DNA of 64,000 nucleotides from an uncultured Alistipes sp. (GTDB lineage: Bacteria; Bacteroidota; Bacteroidia; Bacteroidales; Rikenellaceae). The DNA lies in contig CALUNG010000009.1 of assembly GCA_944321955.1 (NCBI GenBank), positions 597 to 64,596 of the forward strand, read 5' to 3'. Positions 18,958 to 29,670 of this stretch are shown here, in pieces (the first letter of the stretch is position 1; each line of letters opens with the position of its first letter). Made by a program: the position numbers and the translations under genes. The notes under the pieces are model-generated. The model ran no database searches, was not told the origin of the DNA, and was given only the letters and a program-made list of their open reading frames with translations.

Positions 18958-20397
18958 ATGAAACGCATGAAAAGAGTATTTACGATTCTCGTAATGTCAA
19001 TTTTTTGGACAAGCGCTGTTGCAGTTCAGCCTTCGGCAACCGGTGTTGCGGAGATTCCTTGTCCTGCGACAGATACACTGCCTGCCATGCCTGACGGCGA
19101 CAACCATGCCGCTGTTGCGGATGATGGGGTACGGATGTCGCTCGACGAGTGCATGAGGTATGCCGTGGAACACAGTGCTACCGTGGCTCAGCAGTCGTAT
19201 ACCAATAATAATTACCGTCAGGACTATATCGCGTCGATAGCCGACATGGTACCGTCGATAAGCGGTACGGTAGGGGCCTCGACGAGCTTCGGCCGTTCGG
19301 TAGACCCCGAGACGAATACCTATACCGACGTCTCCAATTTCGACAACTCGTATTCGTTGTCGGTATCTGTTCCCGTATTCTCGGGCCTTTCACGTATCAA
19401 TACGTTGCGTGCGACCCGGGTCATGCGCCGGCAGGGAGCCGAGGAGCTGCAGCTTGCACGCGATCAGGTGGCGCTCAAGACCATGGAGGCCTATTTCGAT
19501 GTGGTTTACTATACCGAGAGCGTGCGGCTTGCCCGCGAGCAGTACGAAACCAGTCTTGCGGAGGTGACGCGAACCCGCAAGCTGCTCGAGCTGGGACTCA
19601 AGAGTTCGGCCGACATGGCCGAAGTGGAGTCGCAATGCGCATCGGACGACTATCTTGTCATGCAGCAGCAGAACAATCTTGCTCTGGCCGAGATAGCACT
19701 GGCCGAGGCCATGAACTTCCCCGGAGACAAACGTTTGACCGTGGATACGGATGTTGCCGTGGAGACACCCGCCGGGGTAGCCTTCGGATACGATGAAGTT
19801 CTGGCCAATGCGCTGGAGAACAATCCCAAGGCTGTTGCGGCCGGTTACAATGAACGATATTCGCGCCTGTCGTTGTCTGTTGCGCGCGGCAATCTCTTTC
19901 CGTCGATTTATCTGGGAGGCGGATATTCCACCAACTACTTCATGAACCTCGACAATCGGGCGCTCTATTCATCGTTTTCCCGTCAGTTCAGCGACAACCG
20001 TGGCTTTTACGTATCGCTTCAGCTCAACATTCCGATCTTCAACGGACTGTCGAGTCGCACCAACGTCAGAAAGGCACGCAACAACTGGCACATTGCCGAG
20101 CAGAAACGCGTCGAGACGTTGCGTTCGCTGCAGAGCGAGGTGGCGCAGGCCTATCAGCAGATGCTGGGGTACGGCAAGGAGTTCGTCTATGCGACGAAGA
20201 AGACCGAAGCGGCACAACGCGCCTACGAGGCTGTCTCGGGCAAATACGAACGCGGTCTGGTATCGGCCATCGAGTTGCAGACGGCGGCCGACAACCTGCT
20301 CGAAGCCCGATCGGAGCGTCTGCGTGCACGACTGCAATATATAATCAAGGTACGCCTTGTGGAGTACTATAACGGAGAACCTCTAATTCGTAAATAA
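18958..20397 (+). CDS. TolC family outer membrane efflux protein
   Basis: Signal peptide, OEP repeats (LQLNIPIFNGL, YERGLVSAIEL); first gene of efflux operon. Start 18958 or 18967. Confidence 0.92.
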   Translation: MKRMKRVFTILVMSIFWTSAVAVQPSATGVAEIPCPATDTLPAMPDGDNHAAVADDGVRMSLDECMRYAVEHSATVAQQSYTNNNYRQDYIASIADMVPSISGTVGASTSFGRSVDPETNTYTDVSNFDNSYSLSVSVPVFSGLSRINTLRATRVMRRQGAEELQLARDQVALKTMEAYFDVVYYTESVRLAREQYETSLAEVTRTRKLLELGLKSSADMAEVESQCASDDYLVMQQQNNLALAEIALAEAMNFPGDKRLTVDTDVAVETPAGVAFGYDEVLANALENNPKAVAAGYNERYSRLSLSVARGNLFPSIYLGGGYSTNYFMNLDNRALYSSFSRQFSDNRGFYVSLQLNIPIFNGLSSRTNVRKARNNWHIAEQKRVETLRSLQSEVAQAYQQMLGYGKEFVYATKKTEAAQRAYEAVSGKYERGLVSAIELQTAADNLLEARSERLRARLQYIIKVRLVEYYNGEPLIRK

Positions 20398-20399
20398 TT

Positions 20400-21665
20400 A
20401 TGGATGTCAAGATTGAAAAAAAACGTGGAGTCAAGGCACTCTTCACTACCCGTCGCGGGCTATATATCATTTTAGGAGTTGTTTTCATGGTATTTGTCGT
20501 ATGGTTGTTGTTCCGCAACTCTTCGTCGACCATGCGCATCGATGCCCGTACGATAGCTGTTGGCAAGGTGGCCGAAGGTGAATTCAACGATTACATACGT
20601 GTTTCGGGGCAGGTGCAGCCCATCATGGCCGTGCAGTTGAGCCCGCTCGAGGCGGGTGTCGTCGACAAACTGGTTGTCGAGGAGGGGGCATCGGTCCACA
20701 AGGGTGATGTGCTGCTGGTTTTGAGCAATACGTCGCTGACGCTCGAGATACTGAACAGCGAGGCCGAACTCGCCGAGAAGCAGAACATACTGCGCAATAC
20801 GTTGATCTCGATGGAGCAGGAGAAGCTCGACCTGCGTCTCGACAAGCTGCAGCTCGATGTCGACGTTGAGCGCAAACAACGTACATGGCAGCAGAACGAC
20901 GAGCTTTACCGCAACAATCTGATCGCCCGTGAAGACTGGCTGCAGTCGAAGGAGGAGTACGATCTTGCCGTCAGGAAGCGCGAGCTGAACATGGAGCGTC
21001 AGGTGCAGGATTCGCTCTACCGCAGCGTGCAGATCGAGCAGATGAACGACAACCTCGAGAACATGAAGCGCAACATGCAGCTCATACGCCAGCGTATCGA
21101 CAATCTGAAGGTGAAATCGCCGATCGACGGTGAAGTTGGCCTGTTCGATGTGGTACTGGGACAGTCCGTGCAGGCCGGACAGAAGATCGGTCAGATCAAT
21201 GACATGTCCGATTTCAAGGTTGAGGCCCGTATCGACGAGAGCTATATCGACCGTGTGCATGCAGGGCTCAAGGCCACGTTCGAGCGTCAGGATACCAACT
21301 ATACGATGCGCCTGCGCAAGGTCTATCCCGAAGTTCGCGACGGACAGTTCCGTGCGGATTTCGTCTTCGAGGGAGCACACCCGCAGAATATCCGCAACGG
21401 ACAGACATATTACCTCCACCTCGAACTTGGCGAACCGACCGAGGCTCTGCTCGTACCTCGCGGATCGTTCTACCAGAGCACCGGAGGATCGTGGATCTAT
21501 GTCCTGTCGCCCGAAGGGGACAAGGCTTACAAACGCGAAATACGTATCGGCCGACAGAATCCGCAATATTACGAGGTTCTCGATGGTCTGGAACCGGGTG
21601 AGCGTGTCATAGTATCCGGTTACGAGAACTATGGATCAAACGACGTGCTGATTCTCAACAAATGA
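20400..21665 (+). CDS. Efflux periplasmic adaptor (HlyD/MacA-like)
   Basis: N-terminal TM, lipoyl halves (GVVDKLVVEEGASVHKGDVL; VKSPIDG), coiled hairpin, GLEPGERVIVSG. Confidence 0.93.
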   Translation: MDVKIEKKRGVKALFTTRRGLYIILGVVFMVFVVWLLFRNSSSTMRIDARTIAVGKVAEGEFNDYIRVSGQVQPIMAVQLSPLEAGVVDKLVVEEGASVHKGDVLLVLSNTSLTLEILNSEAELAEKQNILRNTLISMEQEKLDLRLDKLQLDVDVERKQRTWQQNDELYRNNLIAREDWLQSKEEYDLAVRKRELNMERQVQDSLYRSVQIEQMNDNLENMKRNMQLIRQRIDNLKVKSPIDGEVGLFDVVLGQSVQAGQKIGQINDMSDFKVEARIDESYIDRVHAGLKATFERQDTNYTMRLRKVYPEVRDGQFRADFVFEGAHPQNIRNGQTYYLHLELGEPTEALLVPRGSFYQSTGGSWIYVLSPEGDKAYKREIRIGRQNPQYYEVLDGLEPGERVIVSGYENYGSNDVLILNK

Positions 21666-21695
21666 GATCGTGCATGAATTATAATTGTGTAAATT

Positions 21696-21743
21696 GCGTT
21701 GCAGCGGCAGCAGTTTTCCGGCATGCCGGAGCCGCTGCGACGC
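21696..21743 (+). other. Intra-operon RNA stem-loop without U-tract
   Basis: GCGTTGCAGCGGC pairs with GCCGCTGCGACGC (13 bp, one G-U), enclosing the palindrome TCCGGCATGCCGGA. Confidence 0.6.
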
Positions 21744-21774
21744 CCGAAAACTGAAAACGAACGGAGAGTATCCC

Positions 21775-24174
21775 ATGAAGATTGCCTTACGAAATTTTCT
21801 GACCACGTTGCGCCGGTACAAGGCTTCATCGCTGCTCAATATTGTCGGTCTGACACTGGCTTTCACGGCTTTCTACATCATTCTGGTGCAGGTACGCTGG
21901 GAATTGACATTCAATCGCGCCATACCCGATGCCGGACGCATCTATCTGGTAGCGCCTCTGTCGCCGTTCGACGAGACTCGCTATTCGATATGCTCTACGC
22001 GACCGGATGGCGAACAGCTCATCGCCCAGTCTCCAGAAATCGAGGCTGGAGGCTGCATCCGTCCCTGGATCTGGGAACAGCCAGTATGGATGAAACGCCA
22101 TGGCGAGTTCAGTCGTTTCAGAATGTCGGTCAACTCCGTCTCGACAGGCTTCCTCGCAACAGCAGGGCTTCGCACTGTCGAAGGCGACCTGCAGATGCTG
22201 ACGCAACACAACAGTGTCGCTCTGGCACGTTCGCAGGCCGAAAGGTTAGGCCTGCATGTCGGCGACGTACTCTGGTTCGGAGATCAGAATGGAAAACGCT
22301 CCGACGAACAGCACGAAGTGGTGGCTGTCTACGAGGATTTCCCCGTAAACAGTAGCTTTGCGCGCATCGTCGCCATGACGGATATAGGCAATCGCGACAT
22401 GAATCCCGCCTATTGGAACGACTGCTATTTCGTCCGTCTGCGCGAGGGCGCTGATCCCGATGCTGTGGCATGCCGCTGGGAGAATATACACGATGATAAC
22501 TACCGTGCCTATATCGAGCGCATGGCCCCGATCTGGGGTGATGATTTGAGCGAAGAGGATATGAACGACCGGCGCGACTGTCTGCTCGTACCGCTCGATC
22601 GGATTTATTTCGACAGCCGGGTCTTCGATGGCATGGGCCCATTCCCCAACGGGTCGGTAACACTGACTTATTCGTTGTTGAGCGTTGCGGTGCTGGTCAT
22701 GCTGATTGCGTTGATCAACTTCGTCAACTTCTTTTTCGCGCTGCTGCCCGTGCGGTTGCGTGCAGTAAATATCCTCAAGGTTTTCGGAGCTCCTGTCTCC
22801 TCGCTGCGCTTCAGTTTTCTGTTCGAGGCTTTGGGTTTCGTCATTATCGCGCAGCTCTGCGCATGGTACGTGGCCGTGGTGTTGCAGCGTACCGAGTTCG
22901 CATCGTATGTCAGCAGTTCGCTTTCGCCGGTCGATAATATTCCGGTGCTGGCAATTTCGCTCGGCGTGTCGCTCGTTGCAGCGCTTGTCGCCGGAAGTTT
23001 CCCTGCGTGGTATATCACCTCGTTCAACCCCGCAATGGCAGCCAAAGGGTCGTTTGTCGGTTCTTCGGTGGGCCGTCGTTTCAGGGTGGCCCTGCTCGGC
23101 GTGCAGTTCATCATCTCGATAGGACTGATCGTTTTTTCGCTCTGCTCGTTGCTGCAGCAGCGCTACGTACGCCGTTTCGACATTGGATTCAACCACGAAC
23201 AAGTGTTGACATTCCATTTCCCTTCATCGAAACTTGCCGCTCCCGACTCTTTCGACGCATTTGCATCATCGTTGCAGTCCGACCCTCGGATCGTAGGTGT
23301 CACCGCCGGTCAGGGACAACTCGTTGCCGGGAACTTGTCGCTCTGGGGACGGAAGATCGGCGACGAGGAGGTGATGATCCACGTGCGCCCTGTGCGCAGC
23401 AACTTTCTCGACGTGCTGGGTATTCCGGTCATTGCCGGCAAGAATTTCCTTCCGGAGTATGACCGCGATACGATGGCTCATTATATTGTCAACGATCTGC
23501 TCGCCCGCAAGGGTGCCGTACTTGGCTACCGGTTGGACGACGGCGATGTTGTCGGCGTATGTCCCGATATCCACTTCAGACCGCTGCAATATCCTGTAGT
23601 GCCGTTTGCCTTTGTGACCACGTCAGGCGTTATGTCCTATTTCTATGTGCGTATAGCTGCCGGAGCCGATTTTGAGGCGGCCTGCGACCATATCCAGCGT
23701 ACAGCCGAACGTTTCGACCCGGACTGCGACCCTGTCGACGTCCGCTTCATGAACGAGGAACTCGACGCACAGTATGCCCGCGAGCGACGTATCACGACAA
23801 TCGTGGGATTGTTCACCGTACTTGCCGTCGTCATCGCTCTGATGGGGGTCTTCGGTATCGTGCTCTTCGAGGCGCAGCAACGCCGCCGCGAGGTGGCCGT
23901 ACGCAAGGTGATGGGGGCGACGACAGCGGAAGTGCTGCGACTCTTCAATCGCCGATATGTTACGCTTGTCGTCGTCTGTTTCGTCATTGCAGCGCCTGTC
24001 GGCTACTGGGCCGTTGACCGCTGGCTCGCATCGTTCGCCTATCGCGTGCCGATCCGCTGGTGGATCTTTGTCACGGCCTTTGTCGTGGTACTGGCCGTTA
24101 CGGTCGCGACCGTAACCTTCTGCTCGTGGCGTACGGCAAACGAAAACCCGGCCGATTCAATAAAAACAGAATAA
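21775..24174 (+). CDS. ABC transporter permease (MacB/FtsX, two-repeat), copy 1
   Basis: Start MKIALRNF; SLLNIVGLTL, FINFVNF, RRREVAVRKVMGAT, ENPADSIKTE. Confidence 0.93.
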   Translation: MKIALRNFLTTLRRYKASSLLNIVGLTLAFTAFYIILVQVRWELTFNRAIPDAGRIYLVAPLSPFDETRYSICSTRPDGEQLIAQSPEIEAGGCIRPWIWEQPVWMKRHGEFSRFRMSVNSVSTGFLATAGLRTVEGDLQMLTQHNSVALARSQAERLGLHVGDVLWFGDQNGKRSDEQHEVVAVYEDFPVNSSFARIVAMTDIGNRDMNPAYWNDCYFVRLREGADPDAVACRWENIHDDNYRAYIERMAPIWGDDLSEEDMNDRRDCLLVPLDRIYFDSRVFDGMGPFPNGSVTLTYSLLSVAVLVMLIALINFVNFFFALLPVRLRAVNILKVFGAPVSSLRFSFLFEALGFVIIAQLCAWYVAVVLQRTEFASYVSSSLSPVDNIPVLAISLGVSLVAALVAGSFPAWYITSFNPAMAAKGSFVGSSVGRRFRVALLGVQFIISIGLIVFSLCSLLQQRYVRRFDIGFNHEQVLTFHFPSSKLAAPDSFDAFASSLQSDPRIVGVTAGQGQLVAGNLSLWGRKIGDEEVMIHVRPVRSNFLDVLGIPVIAGKNFLPEYDRDTMAHYIVNDLLARKGAVLGYRLDDGDVVGVCPDIHFRPLQYPVVPFAFVTTSGVMSYFYVRIAAGADFEAACDHIQRTAERFDPDCDPVDVRFMNEELDAQYARERRITTIVGLFTVLAVVIALMGVFGIVLFEAQQRRREVAVRKVMGATTAEVLRLFNRRYVTLVVVCFVIAAPVGYWAVDRWLASFAYRVPIRWWIFVTAFVVVLAVTVATVTFCSWRTANENPADSIKTE

Positions 24175-24191
24175 TCGAAAAATCACTGCAT

Positions 24192-26594
24192 ATGAAAATC
24201 GCATTAAGAAATTTTCTTACCACGTTGCGGCGATACAAGGTTTCATCGCTGCTCAACATTGTCGGTCTGACGCTTGCCTTCACGGCATCCTACATCATTC
24301 TGGCGCAGGTACGCTGGGAGATGACCTATAACCGTACGCTGAAAGATTCGGACCGTATATATCTGGTCGAGAGTGTCGACTGGTACGAACCCGGCGCCTG
24401 GCAGTCGTGGGTCTGCCGGCCCATGGTCGAGCGATTCATCCCGTCGACCTCGGCCGTTGAGGCCGGAGGTTGCACATGGGGCGGTTTCGGTCCCGGAGTC
24501 GTACTGCGCGAGAATTCCTCGAAGATGGGATACGATCGCTTCGAAATCTCGTTGGGTTCAGTCTCGTTGCCGCTGCTCGATGTCTTCGATTTCCAGAATG
24601 TCGCCGGCGATGTCCACGACCTGAAACGTGCGAATAGCGTCATAATCTCGCGCAGTACCGCCGAACAGCTGGGCGTCGGTGTAGGCGACATGCTCTGGTG
24701 CAATACCGATCAGCCTTCGGCCGAAAATGCCCGCGAGGTAGTGGCTGTTTTCGAGGATTTCCCCGCAAACTCGCTGCTTGGTGAATGCAAGCTGGCTATG
24801 GATCTGGGTGACCAGAGTCTCGACGACCACTCGGAGTGGAGTTACAACTATTATGTCCGGCTTCAACCCGGAGCCGACATACGGCAGGTGATCGAGGAGT
24901 GGCAGAAGGTGTTCGTGGAGATGTATCCCGGCGAAGCGAATGAAGATGGTCAACTCGAAACGGAGCCGTTTAGGCTTTCGTGCGTCCGCGATCTCTATTT
25001 CGAGACAGACAGCCGTGTGCCGTGTGCGCAGGGATCGCTCGTGACGACATACACGCTGCTGGGTATCGCACTGCTGGTCATCGCTCTCGCATTCATCAAT
25101 TTCGTAAACTTCTTCTTCGCGCTGGTGCCTGTCCGCATCCGTACCGTCAATACCTTCAAGGTCTTCGGCGCTCCGAACTCGTCGCTGCGTTTCAGCTTCG
25201 TCTTCGAGGCCGTGGGACTGGTAGTCATTGCCCTCTTTCTGGCCTGGTATCTCTCCTTTGCCATTCAGGGCACCGAGCTGGCAAGTTATATCTCCGCTCC
25301 ACTGACTCTGGCGCAGAACCTTCCGGTTATCGGCATTCTGCTTGTCGTGGCGTTGGTAATGGCGCTTGTGGCGAGCCTCTATCCGGCCTGGTACATCACC
25401 TCGTTCCCGCCCGCGCTGGTGATCAAGGGCTCATTCTCCGGATCGGTCGGCGGCCGACGTCTGCGTATACTGCTGCTCGGCTTCCAGTTCACCATCTCCA
25501 TGGGACTTATCATCGCCACGGGCTTCATATTGCGTCAGCACAACTACATGCTGCGTCAGGACATGGGTTTCAATCGCAACAACCTGATGGCCGTACAGCT
25601 CTCCAAAAAGGCCGCTCTCAGTTACGATGCACTTCGCGACAAGCTGTTGGCAGACACTCGCGTGGTCGACATCACGGCGGCCGACGGACGTCTGGTGAAT
25701 CCCTCACGCATGAGCTGGGGGCGCCAATACAAGGAACGTAGAGTTGCCCTGCAGGCCTACATCGTGCGCTGGAACTTCCTAAGGATGATGGGTATTCCCG
25801 TTACCGACGGTCGCGACTTTCTCGAGTCGGACGAGCACAAGACCACCGGCATGCTGATCTGCAACGAGGCAGCCCGTCGCGAATACGGATTCGAACTTGG
25901 CGACGAATTGGGTGGATTTTTCACAACGGATCCTATCGTGGGGGTATGTGCCGACTTTAACTTCCGCCCGATGCAGTACGACGTCGTACCTTTCGTCTTT
26001 TACGTGGTTCCCGCAGAGTGGTCGCAGAGTTCCGGTGGCCGCGCTTCGCAGATGCTCTACCTGCGCTACCGCCCCGATGCCGACGTGAAGGCTGTGGCAG
26101 ACTATCTGCGTCAGTGCATTGCCGAAACCGACCCGAGCATCGCACCCGGCGATATATTGATCCATACATTCGAGGCAGAGCTCGGCGAAGAGTATGCCAA
26201 GGAGCGCCGTCTGGCTACCGTTGTGGGTCTCTTCACCGTGCTGGCCGTAGTCATAGCGCTGATGGGCGTATTCGGCATCGTGCTGTTCGAGACGCAGTTC
26301 CGCCGTCGCGAAGTGGCCGTGCGCAAGGTTATGGGCGCAACTACAGGAGAGATTCTCCGCATGTTCAACCTCCGCTACATCTGGATGGTCCTAATCTGCT
26401 TCGCAATAGCATTGCCGACGAGCTTGTGGATCATTCACCGCTGGATGGCATCTTTCGCTTACCGCGCACCCTTCACGGTATGGATTCCGCTTGCGGCTCT
26501 GGCCGCCGTACTTATAGTTACAACGGCTACGGTAACGTTCTGCTCGTGGCAAACGGCCAATGAAAATCCCGCAAACGCTGTAAAATCAGAATAA
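24192..26594 (+). CDS. ABC transporter permease (MacB/FtsX, two-repeat), copy 2
   Basis: Start MKIALRNF (24192); tandem paralog with the same TM motifs; ends ENPANAVKSE. Confidence 0.93.
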   Translation: MKIALRNFLTTLRRYKVSSLLNIVGLTLAFTASYIILAQVRWEMTYNRTLKDSDRIYLVESVDWYEPGAWQSWVCRPMVERFIPSTSAVEAGGCTWGGFGPGVVLRENSSKMGYDRFEISLGSVSLPLLDVFDFQNVAGDVHDLKRANSVIISRSTAEQLGVGVGDMLWCNTDQPSAENAREVVAVFEDFPANSLLGECKLAMDLGDQSLDDHSEWSYNYYVRLQPGADIRQVIEEWQKVFVEMYPGEANEDGQLETEPFRLSCVRDLYFETDSRVPCAQGSLVTTYTLLGIALLVIALAFINFVNFFFALVPVRIRTVNTFKVFGAPNSSLRFSFVFEAVGLVVIALFLAWYLSFAIQGTELASYISAPLTLAQNLPVIGILLVVALVMALVASLYPAWYITSFPPALVIKGSFSGSVGGRRLRILLLGFQFTISMGLIIATGFILRQHNYMLRQDMGFNRNNLMAVQLSKKAALSYDALRDKLLADTRVVDITAADGRLVNPSRMSWGRQYKERRVALQAYIVRWNFLRMMGIPVTDGRDFLESDEHKTTGMLICNEAARREYGFELGDELGGFFTTDPIVGVCADFNFRPMQYDVVPFVFYVVPAEWSQSSGGRASQMLYLRYRPDADVKAVADYLRQCIAETDPSIAPGDILIHTFEAELGEEYAKERRLATVVGLFTVLAVVIALMGVFGIVLFETQFRRREVAVRKVMGATTGEILRMFNLRYIWMVLICFAIALPTSLWIIHRWMASFAYRAPFTVWIPLAALAAVLIVTTATVTFCSWQTANENPANAVKSE

Positions 26595-26627
26595 TCATAT
26601 ATCAAAAACATAAAAAAACAAACAGTT

Positions 26628-27314
26628 ATGTCAATACTTAAAGTTGAAAACCTGCGCAAGGTCTTCCGTACGGAAGAGATCGAAACCATCGCTCTGAACA
26701 ACGTGTCGTTCGAAGTCGAGGAGGGCGAGTTCATAGCCATAATGGGTCCGTCCGGTTGCGGAAAATCCACATTGCTGAATATTCTCGGACTGCTGGACAA
26801 CGCCACCTCCGGCAAGTACTATCTGTTGGACCGTGATGTGACCGATCTGCGTGAGAACGAGCGTACCTCGTTCCGCAAGGGCAATATCGGCTTCGTATTC
26901 CAGTCGTTCAACCTTATCGACGAACTCAATGTCTTCGAGAATGTCGAGCTGCCTTTGATTTATATGGGTGTCAAGGCTGCGGAGCGCAAACGCCGCGTCG
27001 ACGAGATGTTGAAACGCATGAACATATCGCACCGTGCCGAGCACTTCCCGCAGCAGCTCTCGGGCGGTCAGCAGCAGCGTGTGGCCATAGCGCGGGCTAT
27101 AGTGACGAATCCGCGTCTGATTCTCGCCGACGAGCCTACGGGTAACCTCGACTCGAAGAACGGCCGCGACGTGATGGAACTGCTTTCGGAGCTTAACCGC
27201 GAGGGTACCACGGTTATCATGGTTACGCACTCGCAGTACGACTCAACCTTCGCCCACAGGGTATTGCACCTCTTCGACGGCGAGATTGTCAAGGATCTCA
27301 GCAACCGCATGTAG
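26628..27314 (+). CDS. ABC transporter ATP-binding protein (MacB/LolD-like)
   Basis: [35 protein letters not shown]. Confidence 0.96.
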   Translation: MSILKVENLRKVFRTEEIETIALNNVSFEVEEGEFIAIMGPSGCGKSTLLNILGLLDNATSGKYYLLDRDVTDLRENERTSFRKGNIGFVFQSFNLIDELNVFENVELPLIYMGVKAAERKRRVDEMLKRMNISHRAEHFPQQLSGGQQQRVAIARAIVTNPRLILADEPTGNLDSKNGRDVMELLSELNREGTTVIMVTHSQYDSTFAHRVLHLFDGEIVKDLSNRM

Positions 27315-27318
27315 CACA

Positions 27319-27354
27319 AAGCCCGGCGTACGATCAGTACGCCGGGCTTCTTTG
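27319..27354. terminator. Intrinsic terminator between convergent ATPase and glpF
   Basis: AAGCCCGGCGTAC-GATCA-GTACGCCGGGCTT followed by CTTT. Confidence 0.8.
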
Positions 27355-27382
27355 TATATTGCAGGCAGATTGATGGACTGCC

Positions 27383-28117
27383 TTAACACAGTATCATGCA
27401 GTATAGCGCTGCAGCCAGAAATCCTCCGACCACGGGACCCAGAACCGGGATCCATGAGTATGCCCAGTCGCTCGAACCTTTCCCCTTTATCGGAAGCAGG
27501 GCATGTGCCAGTCGCGGGGCGAGGTCACGTGCGGGGTTGATGGCATAACCTGTGGTCCCTCCGAGAGACATGCCGATGGCAACGATCAACATCGCTACGG
27601 GAAATGCTCCGAGAGAGCCCATCCCGACTTCGGGCGTATTGCTGTCGGTCGAGAGGGCGAGAATTACGAATACGAGTACGAAGGTGCCGACAATCTCGCT
27701 GAAAAGGTTGCGGCCGTAGCTGCGTATCGCCGGAATCGTGCAGAAAGTCGAAAGTTTGGCCTCCGGGTCATCCGTAGCGTCATAGTGGTTCTTGTAGTAT
27801 GCATAAACGAGCGCTGCTCCGACGAATCCTCCGAGCATCTGGGCAACGATGTAGGGCAGAACCATCCCCCAGCTGAATGTGCCGGCGGCTGCCAGACCGA
27901 GCGTGACGGCCGGATTGAGGTGGGCACCCGAATACGGGCCCGCAATGAATACCCCCAGCATGACGGCCAGACCCCACGCAATGGTGATTACGACCCAACC
28001 GCCGTTTTCTCCTTTCGATCTCTTCAAAACGGTCGATGCGACGACGCCGTCGCCGAAAAGGACCAGAATAGCCGTGCCGATAAATTCGAACAGGCATTTG
28101 GTTACGAGTTCGTTCAT
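27383..28117 (-). CDS. glpF: Glycerol uptake facilitator (MIP aquaglyceroporin)
   Basis: Start MNELV; SGAHLNPAVT and AINPARD motifs; downstream of glpK. Confidence 0.95.
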   Translation of the reverse strand: MNELVTKCLFEFIGTAILVLFGDGVVASTVLKRSKGENGGWVVITIAWGLAVMLGVFIAGPYSGAHLNPAVTLGLAAAGTFSWGMVLPYIVAQMLGGFVGAALVYAYYKNHYDATDDPEAKLSTFCTIPAIRSYGRNLFSEIVGTFVLVFVILALSTDSNTPEVGMGSLGAFPVAMLIVAIGMSLGGTTGYAINPARDLAPRLAHALLPIKGKGSSDWAYSWIPVLGPVVGGFLAAALYCMILC

Positions 28118-28140
28118 GGTAGTTTGGGTTTTGTTGTCGG

Positions 28141-29634
28141 TTATTTCGTGTAGTTGCTGAGCGTACGTTTTACGGCATCTTCCCAGCCGGCCCTTTCGAT
28201 ACGCATCTGATCCTCCTCCATCGACGGTTCGAATATGCGGTCGATCTGCCATTGTTTACGTATCTCGTCCACACCGGACCAGTATCCTACGGCCAGACCT
28301 GCCAGATATGCCGCACCCATTGCCGTGGTCTCGACAGTCTGCGGGCGGATGACGCGTGTGCCGAGAATGTCGGCCTGGAACTGCATGAGCAGATTGTTGC
28401 GCGAGGCTCCGCCGTCGACCTTGAGTTCCTTGAGCGGTATGCCTGCATCGCGCGACATGGCATCGGTTATGTCCATTGTCTGGAAGGCTATGCCTTCGAG
28501 CGCTGCGCGGGCGATGTGTGCCGTTGTCGTTCCGCGGCTTATGCCGACGATTGTGCCGCGTGCATACTGGTCCCACCACGGGGCGCCGAGACCCGTCATT
28601 GCCGGAACGAAATATACGCCGTTGGTGTCGGGTACGTTTGCGGCCAGCTCTTCGACTTCGGACGAAGACTTGATGGCTCCGAGACCGTCGCGCAGCCACT
28701 GCACGACCGACCCGCCGACGAATATGCTGCCTTCGAGTGCATAGTTGATTTTGTCGCCTATCTTCCAGGCTATCGTGGTGATGAGGTTGTTCTTCGACAG
28801 TATGGGTTTTTCGCCGCTGTTCATCAGCAGAAAGCAGCCGGTGCCGTAGGTGTTCTTGACCATGCCCGGCTCGGTGCACATCTGACCGAAGAGGGCTGCC
28901 TGCTGGTCTCCGGCTATGCCGGCAATGGGAACCTTGTGTGCGAAGATCGTGGTTTTGGTATGCCCGTAGACTTCGCTCGACGACTTGACCTCGGGCATCA
29001 TCGAACGAGGTATGCCGAAGAGATCGAGCAGCTCCTGATCCCAATCGAGCGTGTGTATGTTGAAGAGCATCGTACGCGAGGCGTTGCTTACGTCGGTGAC
29101 GTGTACCTCGCCGCGAGTGAGACGCCAGATAAGCCACGTATCGACCGTTCCGAACATCAGTTTTCCCTGCTCGGCACGCTTGCGTGCTCCGGGAACGTTG
29201 TCCAGAATCCATTTTATCTTCGTGGCGCTGAAATAGGCGTCGATAATCAGACCGGTCTTCTGACGTATCGTCTCGGTCAGCCCCTGGTTCTTGAGCTCGT
29301 CGCAATAGTCCGACGTACGGCGGTCCTGCCATACTATCGCATTATAGATAGGTTCTTCGGTGTCGCAGTCCCATACAATCGTGGTTTCACGCTGGTTGGT
29401 TATGCCGATGCCTGCGATGTTGAGACCGTTGATGTCCATCATGGTGATCGCCTCGGCAATGACCGAAGCCTGCGATGACCAAATCTCGTGAGGGTCGTGC
29501 TCCACCCATCCCGATTTCGGGAAAATCTGGCGGAACTCGCGTTGTGCCACGGCACATGTCGTGCCTCTTTCGTCGAAAACTATGGCTCGGGAACTGCTTG
29601 TCCCCTGATCGAGCGCAAGAATATACTGTTTCAT
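28141..29634 (-). CDS. glpK: Glycerol kinase
   Basis: [45 protein letters not shown]. Confidence 0.98.
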   Translation of the reverse strand: MKQYILALDQGTSSSRAIVFDERGTTCAVAQREFRQIFPKSGWVEHDPHEIWSSQASVIAEAITMMDINGLNIAGIGITNQRETTIVWDCDTEEPIYNAIVWQDRRTSDYCDELKNQGLTETIRQKTGLIIDAYFSATKIKWILDNVPGARKRAEQGKLMFGTVDTWLIWRLTRGEVHVTDVSNASRTMLFNIHTLDWDQELLDLFGIPRSMMPEVKSSSEVYGHTKTTIFAHKVPIAGIAGDQQAALFGQMCTEPGMVKNTYGTGCFLLMNSGEKPILSKNNLITTIAWKIGDKINYALEGSIFVGGSVVQWLRDGLGAIKSSSEVEELAANVPDTNGVYFVPAMTGLGAPWWDQYARGTIVGISRGTTTAHIARAALEGIAFQTMDITDAMSRDAGIPLKELKVDGGASRNNLLMQFQADILGTRVIRPQTVETTAMGAAYLAGLAVGYWSGVDEIRKQWQIDRIFEPSMEEDQMRIERAGWEDAVKRTLSNYTK

Positions 29635-29670
29635 GGTAGTTTAGAGGTTGGTATGTGAAGTTTTTAAGGT

